Assembly (NCBI RefSeq): GCF_036321535.1
Contig: NC_087436.1
Span: 89,902,001-89,966,000 of the forward strand
DNA length: 64,000 bases
From: Camelus dromedarius
Taxonomy: Eukaryota
Reading direction: 5' to 3'
Below are positions 44,131-57,110 of the stretch, piece by piece (positions within the stretch are counted from its first letter, which is position 1; every line of letters begins with the position of its first letter). Under the pieces are notes generated by a model. That model saw only the letters and a list, made by a program, of their open reading frames with translations. It was not told the origin of the DNA and did no database searches. The position numbers and the translations under genes were made by a program.

Positions 44131-46349
44131 GCTTTATAGTAAAAAGGATTTGCAAAAGAAAGAAGGTATTAACTTTACTTGTTACAGAATTTCAGGCCCT
44201 ATCAGTGGGCTAAGTTACGTTCCTCCTACTCTTTTCTTTGTTGCCTGATACAAAACATCAGGCAGCACTGCAATCTCTCCCATGTTGTATGGAATAAGAA
44301 CATAGATACTGGAATGCTAGATGTTTTAAGTTGCTTGTGTAGTCTATAGGGGAAAACCTTTTGTTTGTAAGATTAACATTTTGGGAATTATTGGTGTCCT
44401 TTTTTAGGTTTCAGGTACTGAAGGAAGTAGGAGTTTTGTGCTTTGATACAACAGCTGTTTCCTTTCTTATTCTATAGATTATTATTCATCTGCCTTAAGT
44501 GGAGGCTTTGGCTGTATCACAATGAGATAGAAAGTATTCTTAATAGTAGTAAAATGTTCTACTTGGAGGGCTTCTTTTTAATAGCGTATCTACCTAAATA
44601 TTTCTTCCGTTATATTTGGAATAACATACTTGCTGATTTTCTTTCTTTTTCAATTATTTGAATATAAATATTTTTCCTCATTTCTATGACCATATTGCAG
44701 TTTAAGTATACAAACAATTGATGCTATAATTTAAAAGTCTTGCTCTTTTTCCTTAATTTTGTAAACTGTAGAAGTTTTAATAAGAGTGCTGGTTTATTTC
44801 ATTTTGTAGGCTATGTTTTGCATACTAATAACCAATGAGTAAATATTAAAGGAAATCTGATTAATTTTCTATAGTTAGTTTTCTAGGTTATTTCACCATC
44901 TCCATTACATTTTACTGTTGACTTATGTTTTCATTCCCCATATAGTATACTGCTTTTTCATTTCTATATAAGCAATTACTTCCTTTACTTATGTCAGTTA
45001 CACATGTACTTTCATACTAACATTTTTTGAAGATAAAATGCTTTGTAAATATGTCATAAAAGATAAATAGTGGTTTGTGGTGTAAATGTCCCATATAGAA
45101 ATATATTGATATGTTATTTTTAATTCTATGAGGCTGCCATTTAAGTCAACATTGTGATTTGGCATATCAAATATTATACCTGAACTTGGAAAACAGAAGT
45201 ACCTATCAATGCAAAAAACACATGCTTGATAATTCATTTGAAAATCAGCTAATAGCCTACTCCCAACTAATGCTGGATTTAAGTCTACCCACATATCCGA
45301 TCCCACACAGTGAAAATAAATCCAGGTCGAAATTCTTTATGCTCCAACCTAATTTGAAGTAAAACAACTAACAAAGTTTCTATTATTTCAGTTCTAAGTG
45401 GTTCAAGTTCAGTGGTTAAATCAAAGGAGACATTACATCAGGCACATTGCTTGTTGTTAATCACTTGTCCATAGCTAGAGTACCAAGCACAGTGCCAGGT
45501 CCTTAGTAGACACTGCAGACAGTTTTATTGAATAAAATAATAAAAGAGTTTCTGATATTAAATCTGGCAATGCAATACCAATGAGAAGACTTTTTGTCTT
45601 CGTGGAAAGTTGTTTTAAAACTTTGCAATGGTAAATTGCAACTTGGTAAACTTTGCAATGGTAAATTTATCAGTGGGTATTCAATACATTTTCATAATTC
45701 AAATGAATTTTGGGAGGTGTCTCCTAAAATTTCCTTGGAAAGAATCAGGTCCTTAGACTAAAAGAAAATCTAGTAGGGTGCCCCAAGCTAGTGCATCTGC
45801 CTGAAAGTATTTCAATGCTATTTACTTCTGCTTTAGTTTTCCTTACATTTAAATTTTAAGGGGAAAACAGTAATTTTCCTGAAATACAAAGTTTTTATTG
45901 ATAGGCCAAACTAGCATCCTTTCAGTTTAACCAGACTGATAGAAGTCCTCTTTTTTGAAGTTACTAAATTTGATTAAATGCACTTAAATTATCTGGCAAT
46001 CCAAAGAGCATATAAAAAGTTCCTAAAGGTTTATTAACTGGCAAGTATTAGTCTGTCTCATAAAAATAATCACTCAGAGATTTATATTATTATTGTATGT
46101 TTGAAAAAAAGATATGTGTATTTAACATACAGTTTACGTGTAGATCGTGCTGTGATGACCTTTAGAGTTAAGTTTCGCAGATAAACAAATAAATCCACTC
46201 ACATCATACTCAAGCCACATTTGAGCCCTTTATTAGAAAACAAAGCCTACCTTGCTCTGAGATCTTGCACAAGTTTGCACACTACTTTTAGCCTCAGGTG
46301 TGAAATTAGACAACAAAATTTTATCATTTTTTTTAAGTTAAAACAATTT

Positions 46350-46514
46350 TTAAATTCCCAATTTATCCCTTCCCTCCCTCTTTACCGCTGGCAACCGAAA
46401 GTCTGTTCCGATGTCTGTGAGTCTGCCTCTGTTTTGTAGATAAGTTCACTGTGTCCTTTTTTTAGACTCCACATTTAAGCAACATCATATTCTCTCCCTG
46501 GCTTACTCCACTTA
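46350..46514 (-). mobile_element. Antisense artiodactyl-type L1 3' UTR fragment
   Basis: cccaatttatcccttccc...tgtctgtgagtctg...ttttgtagataagttca...tttagactccacat. Confidence 0.8.
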
Positions 46515-46619
46515 CAGCTTTATCATTCTAAAAATGTAGTGCTGAGTCAAATAATCCAAGTTCAAATTTTTATTCCCTTTCATATATGAGAGAATCTGTT
46601 TATACAACTTCCCAAGTTC

Positions 46620-48180
46620 TTCTGGAACCTTCTCTCTTACCCAGTGTTCTTCCACTTGCTCAAGACTAATTCTTCCAATCCAGCTCTTGATCCCTTTGTT
46701 CCTTTTTCAACCTTGAGCCATCAGTTATTGTTTTCTTCTTATGTCTTTTAAGCCATCTTCTCCTTTTCAAACACCTCCTTCAAGTTTCTGAAGATGCTTA
46801 ATATACTTATTTTACCATAAAAGCAAAACCAGACCCTCTCCAGATACTGTATCACCTACTGTGCCATCATCAGATCCAGCCCTCTTTTTCTGCATTTAAG
46901 CTTTTTGAAAGCATTGCTTACAACGTCTTTGTTCTCACTTTCAATTTAATTCTCAATCCACTGTAATCAGATTCCCTTTCCATTTATTGTCCTGAGTCTG
47001 AAGGACACCAGTAACCTCCACATTTTCAGATCAGATAATAATTTTCCATTTTTTGTAAAGGATCCCCACATAACCATTGACTGTGGTTATGCTCCAGAAC
47101 TCCATTTCAGGCCCAAGTCTCCAATTTTTTTTTTCTTCTTTCAGACCTTAAAACAGGCCTTAGAGTATCAACTTCCTTCCTCAAATCGTGACAGCTGCTA
47201 CTATTCATTCTATTCTTTGAAATTCTTTACCTGAGTTCAGAGTAGATCTGGTCTCCCTAGCATCCACTCTTGTTTATCCCCAAAGAGACAGGCATTCAAA
47301 TTTATCATATTTTATCTTATTTTATTTTACTCTTCACTACGTGAATCTCACTTTTACAATTTTACTGATGATATTTCTAGTAATGTCAGCAACACTAGCA
47401 CGCTGTCCATCATTTATTGTCTCCAACTAGACAAGCCCTACTCATCCTCAACACACATAGCAACCCTCAGGAAATTTCTGAACACTTGCTCCCCTCAACC
47501 TGGAATGATTTGGTCACTCTGTAGCTGTGTATAATACCCTCTGCATTTGATCCTTTATCACAGTTTGTAATTGCCTTTTTATGTCTCAACTCCTTCATTG
47601 ATATAATAATAATGACCATGTTTATTTTAATAAATCCTTTGTCCTTTGCACAGGGCCTTGCATATAGTAATTGATCAATAAATATGGTATGAATTAATGA
47701 AGTATAACCAAATCTACAGCCCATGCCTTTATCTTACCTTCCACAGTTATTATCTACAACTATACCCCATACCTGTCTTTTAACTTCTAGATTAATAGAT
47801 CCAACCTATTCCCTGGGCATTTCTACATGAATATAACATTACAAGCTTTACATAGCTTTTACAAAAGGTGAAACAAAAAAATAAACAAACATAAAATATC
47901 CTAAACTGATTTAATATTTCCTCCCTATCCATGCCTGTTTTTTAAAATCTATATCTCAGTTCATGGCAAAACCTAATCTCACATACCAACTTGGAAGTGT
48001 CCCTTAAGATCTCACTAGTCATCCAGTGGTGTCCATTCTCCTACTTATGTCGTAGACCATGCCCTTGCCATTTCTCATTGAGACTTTTTATTCCTCATTA
48101 TCTCTAATTATGTCTCCCTTTAATCCATCTTCTACAGTAATGCAGTCATCTTTCTAAAACAGAAATCTGATCATTTAATT
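46620..48180 (+). mobile_element. Fragmented LINE-2 relics
   Basis: Pyrimidine-rich L2 ORF2-like and 3' end text (tctcaatccactgtaatcagatt, gcacagggccttgcatatagtaattgatcaataaatat, tctttctaaaacagaaatctgatca). Confidence 0.55.
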
Positions 48181-48999
48181 TTTTTAGCTCTTGAATGAAT
48201 TGTTGAAAGCAATTCTTCAAGCAGCTCAGCTAATATGGTCTAAATATATATCTTTATCATATGTTTGTTTACATGATGAATAATAAGAAAAATATTATCT
48301 ATTATACACTTACTACTATGTGCCTAGGAGCATCTCTATGTTAGAATGAGGAAATAGAAGATTGGTCAAGGAAAGTTACTTGCTCAGGATCACACATTTA
48401 ACAAATGGTGAATCCAAGATTGAACACAGATCTGAAGTCCATGCTCATATTCTTCCTTGAGCCGTTACAAACATCCCAAAATATCTATGCCTCTACACAT
48501 CTCCATGACATTAGATGTGCTGATTTCTCCTGCTAAATTGCCCTCTCCTTCCTTCCCTAACTACTTATTCCTTAAGATCTATCCAATTGAATCTAATTGC
48601 CACCCCCACCCCATTATGTTTCTACAGTACCTGGCATAAATTCCTTTTATGCAACCTCATGAAATTATACTTTTATTGTAAACAAATCTGTTTGAAACAT
48701 GAGCTAAGAAGATAATAGTTTTGTCCTATTCATTATTTCTCTGCCAATCCCTATCATAACATTTAGCACATAGTTTATTTGAATTAAAAAAAAAACTTTC
48801 ATCTCAAGATTGTTTTTATTTCTAAATCTGAGTCAGTGGTTCTACACTGGCCAAGACAAGCATATTCTCTGGAAATACACTATATATTAAATTTCTTAAA
48901 ACACAGACATAGCAACATAATATCTAAACTAACATGAAATGTACCATTGTTTTGTGATTCACTCCATGCAATTCATAGAAAACATCACATTTCAAGTGT

Positions 49000-50200
<1,201 letters not shown>

Positions 50201-51980
50201 TCCGCATAATTAACAGAATTAATAGATCCTATAGCAGCACAATTTAGTTTTTCTCCCCAGATCATTTATAAAAATAAATCTCTTACTGTTTTATTGTATA
50301 GTCATGTTTTCCTGCTTCCCACTTATATGAGTCCCAATCACAAGTAAAACAGCTCCCACGAACGTGTGGAAGTTCCACAGCACTATTTTTCAGTTGAGCT
50401 TATTTCATGATTTCCCAGTTTCCTCCATCTATAGATGGTAAAATTGAGGATTTTCAGGATAAGTCCATAATAGAATTTTGGAACACACTGTTGGGATTCG
50501 TTTCTATTAATCAAATGAATACTTATTGTTATTCTATAAAATAGACTGTATGCTTATATGTGCTATATACATTAATACATATTATCTTAGCAATCATTCT
50601 AGTAGATGTCACTCATCTGTGATGAAGTAAACATTTTTTGAGCCTGTGCCATGCCAGGAACTATGCTAGGAGCTTACAGTAAAGTAGAAGGAAAAAAAGA
50701 AGTGGAAAAAAGTCTACATGACACTGTAGAGACAAGCACAAGGGGGTAATGGAAGCATATGGAAGGGGTGCTTACTGCAGTGGGAACTGATGTCTCAGTA
50801 GATGTGATTTTGTATAAAATGGATCCAACTAGGTGACCGATGTGGGTTGGTTATCAGTTAGTTCCTGGATCAACTGTGGTATCATTCACAGGTTAAGGAA
50901 GACAGGAGGGTAGACAGATTTAGGCTGGCATTGCTAGTTTCTGTTCATTTTAAGTGACTCTTACGACTTTTGCTACCAATACATGGATGACTGAAATATC
51001 TAGCAATATAAACGAGTAATGGTTTGAACAGTTAACACAGCAATAAACTTCCTTACACTATTCCTCTTCAAGGTTCTGAGGAACTGAGTGTAAGCCAGGG
51101 GTTACATTAAATAAAGTAAAATTGGTCAAGTGGGATAAAAATCATGTGGTCCAAGTATGCAGCCTGCTGGCTTGATCAGAGGTTTTCATGGTATTCAAAG
51201 AAGACTTTATTCTTTTTGATAGAAGTAAGTCACTATCAACTTCATTCTTTTTGATAGAAGTAAGTAATGAATAGGGCAAAGTAATATCTTCTAGTAATGG
51301 CCTAGAGTATGGAAATTTTTGGTAGTATTACTAGCAGATCTATGTCTTACAAAGAACAGTAATAGAATATGTTGCCTGTATATACTCTGATTTAGAAGAT
51401 CTTAGAATTAAGCTACAAATTCTTAGAAGTCAACTATGAATTTAACAGTATTTTTTCTCTATACACATGATTTTAATTTTAAATAGATAGGAACAATTTG
51501 CTTTACTGTAGATTTGTGGTAATTATTTTCAAGTGGATGAAGGGGGAGTTATTTTATCTTTTAAAATGAGATTTTGTAAGATTCTGAGCCAGAAAGGCTT
51601 TGCTGGGCTATGGCTAGGAATTGAGAAGGTTTAGCCCCATGGAGGTGCCCTCCCTTCATTCAATACATTGGGAAGAAATTATAGGTGCCCACCACTGGGT
51701 TTTGACTAAAGATAGTAGTCATGGCTGTTACACTTTCCTTACTACTGATTTTGAAAATACTCAAGTTTCCAAGCTCCAAGGGAACATCTTGAAGCCAAAG
51801 CCATCATCTTATCAAGTACTAAGTCTGCCTCTGATATTCAGAAATTGAAGCCATAATTTGAACAGCAAAGAAAAAGTAAGGTGAAATTTTGTTCGCTGTA
51901 GCTAAGTCAATAAAGTTACAAACATTTAGTAGAATACTTTTATCACTACTTATTATGGTTTCCAATACTGATTGGGTAAC

Positions 51981-52035
51981 ACAAAACAAAACAAAACAAA
52001 ACAAAACAAAACAAAACAAAACAAAACAAACAAAA
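51981..52035. repeat. (AAAAC)n microsatellite
   Basis: About 10 units. Confidence 0.95.
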
Positions 52036-52899
52036 ATAAGTACAATTACACAGGACTGATGTTTGGCTGCTACACTGGCACAGCCCTTTTGGGTATTTAT
52101 AGCTGATGTCCGTTCAGACTGGTCAGAGTATCTGTTCTCATTTGTTAGTGCCTCTGCTCTAGAGTTTGTTAAATATTTTTAATATCACCTCAGTATGTAT
52201 GTACAATTGAAGGGTATTCAGGGGGGAGGTGGGAAGGATGTTGGTAAGAGTTAATACAGAGTTTTTATCTGTAGACTCCTCCTCCTAAAGGATATTTTAC
52301 ATTTTATGTTTCTTTGCATAAATGTCTAAACCTTACTCCATAATGCCTGCCCCAACTTATATGTTCTTCTTCCACAAAATCGTCCTTAAGCTGCTTCATG
52401 CAATGTCTATGTCTTCTTCCAAAGATATAAAGTATATTATCTATGCATTTTATAAGCCAGTAGTCATTGTCTAGCTTCTAAAAAAGTTAAAACCTACTAC
52501 TCTTCACTATGGGGCTATGTTTTTCAAGGTAGCTCAAATATACATTAGTTCATTTGATTCTCACAGCAGTTTAAGTATTATGTTTATGGCTTAGGTATAA
52601 TTATTTTAGGCATTAGTTTATGGCTTAGGTATAATTATCTCCCTTTTTAAAGCTAGAAGCTGAAGCAGGGAGAGGTTAAGGAATATCCCAGGGTCCAAAT
52701 TCTGTATAAGGGCAATTTGTTATCATTTTAAATGATGTTTAGGTATAATTGAAATAAGAATAATATAAATACTATATTTTAGGACTTTATGGGTTAGAGT
52801 CCTTCTAGAAGGTTAACCTAGTGATTAAAACTTTAATTGGAATATTTTAAGAAAAAGCACTCCCAGGTTTCATACAGCTTCCTCAGAGATAAAGTCCCA

Positions 52900-53145
52900 T
52901 ACCGTGCTGTTAAAAACAGAGGTTTGGAGGTCACACACATTTTGAGTTTGATGTTTTTTCAGCCACTTAGTAGACAAGAGACCTGGTCATGTCACAAAAG
53001 CTCTTTAGCTTCCACTTCTGATTCTGTAACATGGGGTTAATAACAGAACTTACTTCTTATCCAGCAGTGAAGCTTGTCATCAGTGACACCGTTAGGCCTA
53101 ACACTCCACCTGACACATCCTAGTGCTCAAAAAGTGTTAGCTGTC
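52900..53145 (+). mobile_element. MIR SINE
   Basis: ctttagcttccacttctgattctgtaacatggggttaataacagaacttacttc...tagtgctcaaaaagtgttagctgt. Confidence 0.7.
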
Positions 53146-53599
53146 ATCTGCTACCAGTTGGACCCTCGAGGATTACCCTTGTTTATAACTGGAGACTCCA
53201 TGCGTCATTCCTGAATGAAAGCTGTTTCATCGATTTCATAAAGTTACAACTGGTAATCCCTCACCCCTTTTCCTTTTATGCTCCAGCCAGGTCTGGAAGT
53301 TTGCCTCCTCGGTGAGGGAGAAACCCAATGCCCATGAAGGACAGGAAACCCTGGCCTGTCCTCAGGGCCTCCTGGGCTTTCGTATCTCATTTTACTTGAA
53401 TATTTTGGGAATTCTTAATCAAAATACTGATCCTCGAAATTCTGTTCTAGGCCAATTGGTTCTCTAATACTGATTTACACAGTTCACTATTTTGGATAAT
53501 TCATTGCAGGCTCAATTTTGTTTGCATTTAGATAGCTAGCAGTGTATTTATATTAGTACAGAACTGCAGGTAAATGCCTTTTCAGTTTTTATTAAATAC

Positions 53600-54320
53600 T
53601 ATTATTGAATAAATATTTTCAGGTTTCATTAATTGGCCACATATTACATGCCTCCCTCATAGAAGGAATCATGAGAGTTTTGATGGTGAACAAGACAGAA
53701 ATAGCACCAGCCTTCACTGAACTTCCATTCCAATAAGAAAGGACGATTATCTGACTGATAATCACACAATTAAAGAATTTCCTCATTTTGAAAAATGCTG
53801 TGATGAGATTAAACTGGGTGCTACGAACAAGTGTAGATGGGGAGCCAGTACAACATTGGATAGAGTGTTTAAGAAGGCCTTTCAGAGGAAATGACATTTT
53901 AACCAAGACTAAAATTTGAGAGGAGATTGCTCACATGGAAAACGGGATGGACAGAAGGCATTCCAGATGAGGAAGTAGCATGACCACAGTCGCCAAACAA
54001 AGAAGTACTCTGAATACAAGTTATTTCAGTGGGACTCGTACATAATGAACAAAAAAAAAGACACCATGGCAAGAAGTGTTGATTTTATTCTAGGTTTCAT
54101 GAGATAGTATTTAAGAGATTTAAGCAGAGGAGTGATGTGATCCAATTTATGTCTTAAAATAATCCCTGTGGCTATAGTTTGTCTAATGATTGGTGAGGTC
54201 AAGCCGAGTTGGAGGGCACAAAGGAAGCCTGCTTGGTCCAGGCGGGAGAAAACTGACCCAGACGAGAGTGAGTGAGAACTCAGCTGGGGATCATAAGGAG
54301 AAACAGGTTGTGCGTGAGCT
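53600..54320 (-). mobile_element. LINE-2 (L2a-like) 3' region
   Basis: gatggtgaacaagacaga...gcattccagatgaggaagtagcatg...gagattttaagcagaggagtgatgtgatccaatttatgtcttaaaataatccct. Confidence 0.8.
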
Positions 54321-54875
54321 AGGCAAAAAGCTAAAAGTTTGTGTTTCATCTTTCTTCTATGTTTTTACTATCTATTACACTGTCCTCTATATATGGGTAC
54401 AAATTCCCACCATCTGAGTAAAGCATGACTGTATGGCTTTGCCATGAAGGGGAGAAATCTTGTTATCAAGTTAAAGACATTATTTTTTATTTGAAATTTG
54501 AGGTCATTCATTATAGATGATCATTCTTCTTGCTAAACTATTTCTACCTTTCATTTGTTCATTCAACAAATACTTGAGTGCCTATTGTAAGAGTCAAAAA
54601 TGTCATATCATTTATTCAGGTATTTTGCTATCAGATTTCCATGTAAACAACAAATAGTTCTCCAGGAAAATGGTGTCATTTATTTTACTCTGGGCATTTC
54701 CTCACCCTCGTGGTTTTAGGACTCAATAAACTTTTATTTATTTCCCTAAATTCCTGCCTTCTAATGGATAATGATGTTTATCAAGATACTTTTCTTCAGA
54801 ATTTGAACTGGAGTTTGGAACATGTTAAGAAGCAGTCTGAACCCACATTCTCTTAATTCTTGTATTTTTCAATAG

Positions 54876-55172
<297 letters not shown>

Positions 55173-55934
55173 ATTTAGACACAGGTTGACTTTGGGATGT
55201 ACAGCAACATTAAACCTGGTTTGTTTTGCCATGTACAGTCTGACTAATAACTGCTAATTTGTGAACCAACATGTACAGTATGTATATAGCTATCTAGCTC
55301 ATAGACCTCTAATGGAGACATGCATTTGCGAAACTCGTGGAACTGCAGGCAGAAAGCACCCCACGCCCAAAGAGCCATTGCCTTTTTTTTAAAGATTTAA
55401 CCCTAGCAATTGGTTTAAAGTGCATTTCAGATGACCTGATTTATTTCCTCTTCTTCTAATAGCAATGAGAATGGAGATCCTATACCACAATTTCTGGACC
55501 CTTTTGATTTAGGTCTTAAATAGGAGTATTTTCTACTGTTGCTTAACTATAATGTAAGATAACATTGTCTTTCCAAGACAAAGCCCTCTAAATAACAGAA
55601 CCTCATATCTGCAACATCAGTTCCCTTCCTGAGTGCTCAGAAGCCCTGCTAGTATAATTGGAAGCTTAGCACACATCAGAAGAAAAACTAGAGATTTGAA
55701 ATCAGCTTCTAATTACTCTGTATAGTATCTATAACCATGTACATATTACAGCATGACAAATTCAAATAATTATCAGTCACCCTAACAGGATGTTCATTAT
55801 GTCTAGACTTTAATAACTATCGGAATGTCATGGTCATCACGTTTTTAGCATCAGAATTTATTTGAAAGTAATAATTGAAATCCTACAGATTATTTTAATC
55901 ATTGGAAACTACCTTAAATTAAAAAAAAAAGGAC

Positions 55935-55940
55935 AATAAA
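55935..55940 (+). terminator. Candidate proximal polyadenylation signal
   Basis: AATAAA about 760 nt after the stop, followed by U/GU-rich sequence (tatgtgttgc). Confidence 0.45.
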
Positions 55941-56429
55941 TATGTCTTACTCTTTCCAGGTATGTGTTGCATTGAAATTGATCAGCTAAATTTTCTTGGT
56001 GCTGGAGACTGGAACAAGTATCCAGTTTGGCTGCTGTGGAGCAAAATTCATATTGGATTAGAAAAGTGTGCCAAGAACTCCCACTGATGAGAATTCATAG
56101 GTGTCACAGAATATAGACGAGCACTTATACGATTCTCTCCTTTCCTGTTTACTGCAAATTCTGCCTTAAGGCTTCTTTTCATCAGGACTCAGAAGCCACT
56201 CATTATAAAGGAAAGGGCAGTTAATTGGCACATTTTTCTGTCTTGAAAGCAGCTCTTTCAGATAAGAATTAATGTAAATCTGCTTTTGTAAATTGCAACT
56301 TTAAATTCCGCTGACTCAAATTTACAGCTTTGTATACCAGAAGAGGTTTTGGTAAGAGTTGAACATTTTTAACCTGAAACTTTAAAGCATCACTAACAGA
56401 TTGAGGATTAGTTCACATGCACAAACACT

Positions 56430-56486
56430 TCTCTCTCTCTCACACACAAACACACACACACTCACAAGAACACACACACACACACA
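56430..56486. repeat. Compound (CT)n(CA)n microsatellite in the putative 3' UTR
   Basis: Direct observation. Confidence 0.9.
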
Positions 56487-57078
56487 ATTAGCTAAATTAG
56501 GACACATACACAAACGTAGCTAAATTAGAAACCAAAATTTTCAATTTTATATAATTACTAATTATTAATGGATAAAATTCATTTTTCTTTTAACATTTAA
56601 AAAATACTCTCTATCTCCCTGAAATATGTTAATAGAAGTTAACAATTGTGTCTTATGCCTAGATGCAACATTTTTGGCAAACTTAAAATCCTTCGACTCA
56701 CATATACATTAGCAGTTATTAGTTGACTTTTACTAATAGATACACCTTTCTGATGGTGTTTTTGTAGAAACATAAGTAGTCAAATAGTGGCATTTCTTGC
56801 AGTTTTGTACAGTATTTCAGTATAGTGCATAAATAGGTATGTTCATAAAATCAGTAAAAGGATTATCCTATGGAAATAAGCAAAATCACAACAAAAACTG
56901 CTATTCCTTTGCCTCATTTAAATTTTTTTTTCATTTTCCTTGTTTCAGTGTGATTCTATTATGTGCTTTGCATGATTGTATTAATACCAAGGTCACAAAT
57001 GCATCTTATGAGCAGAATTTGCCATGAAGACAGCTTTGATATTAAAAATTCCCTCACAAAAGGAAATCCATAACCCTT

Positions 57079-57110
57079 AATAAAATAAACTTGCAACATG
57101 AGCCAATAAA
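57079..57110 (+). terminator. Cluster of candidate polyadenylation signals
   Basis: AATAAA at 57079, 57084 and 57105 with a downstream U-rich tract. Confidence 0.4.
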
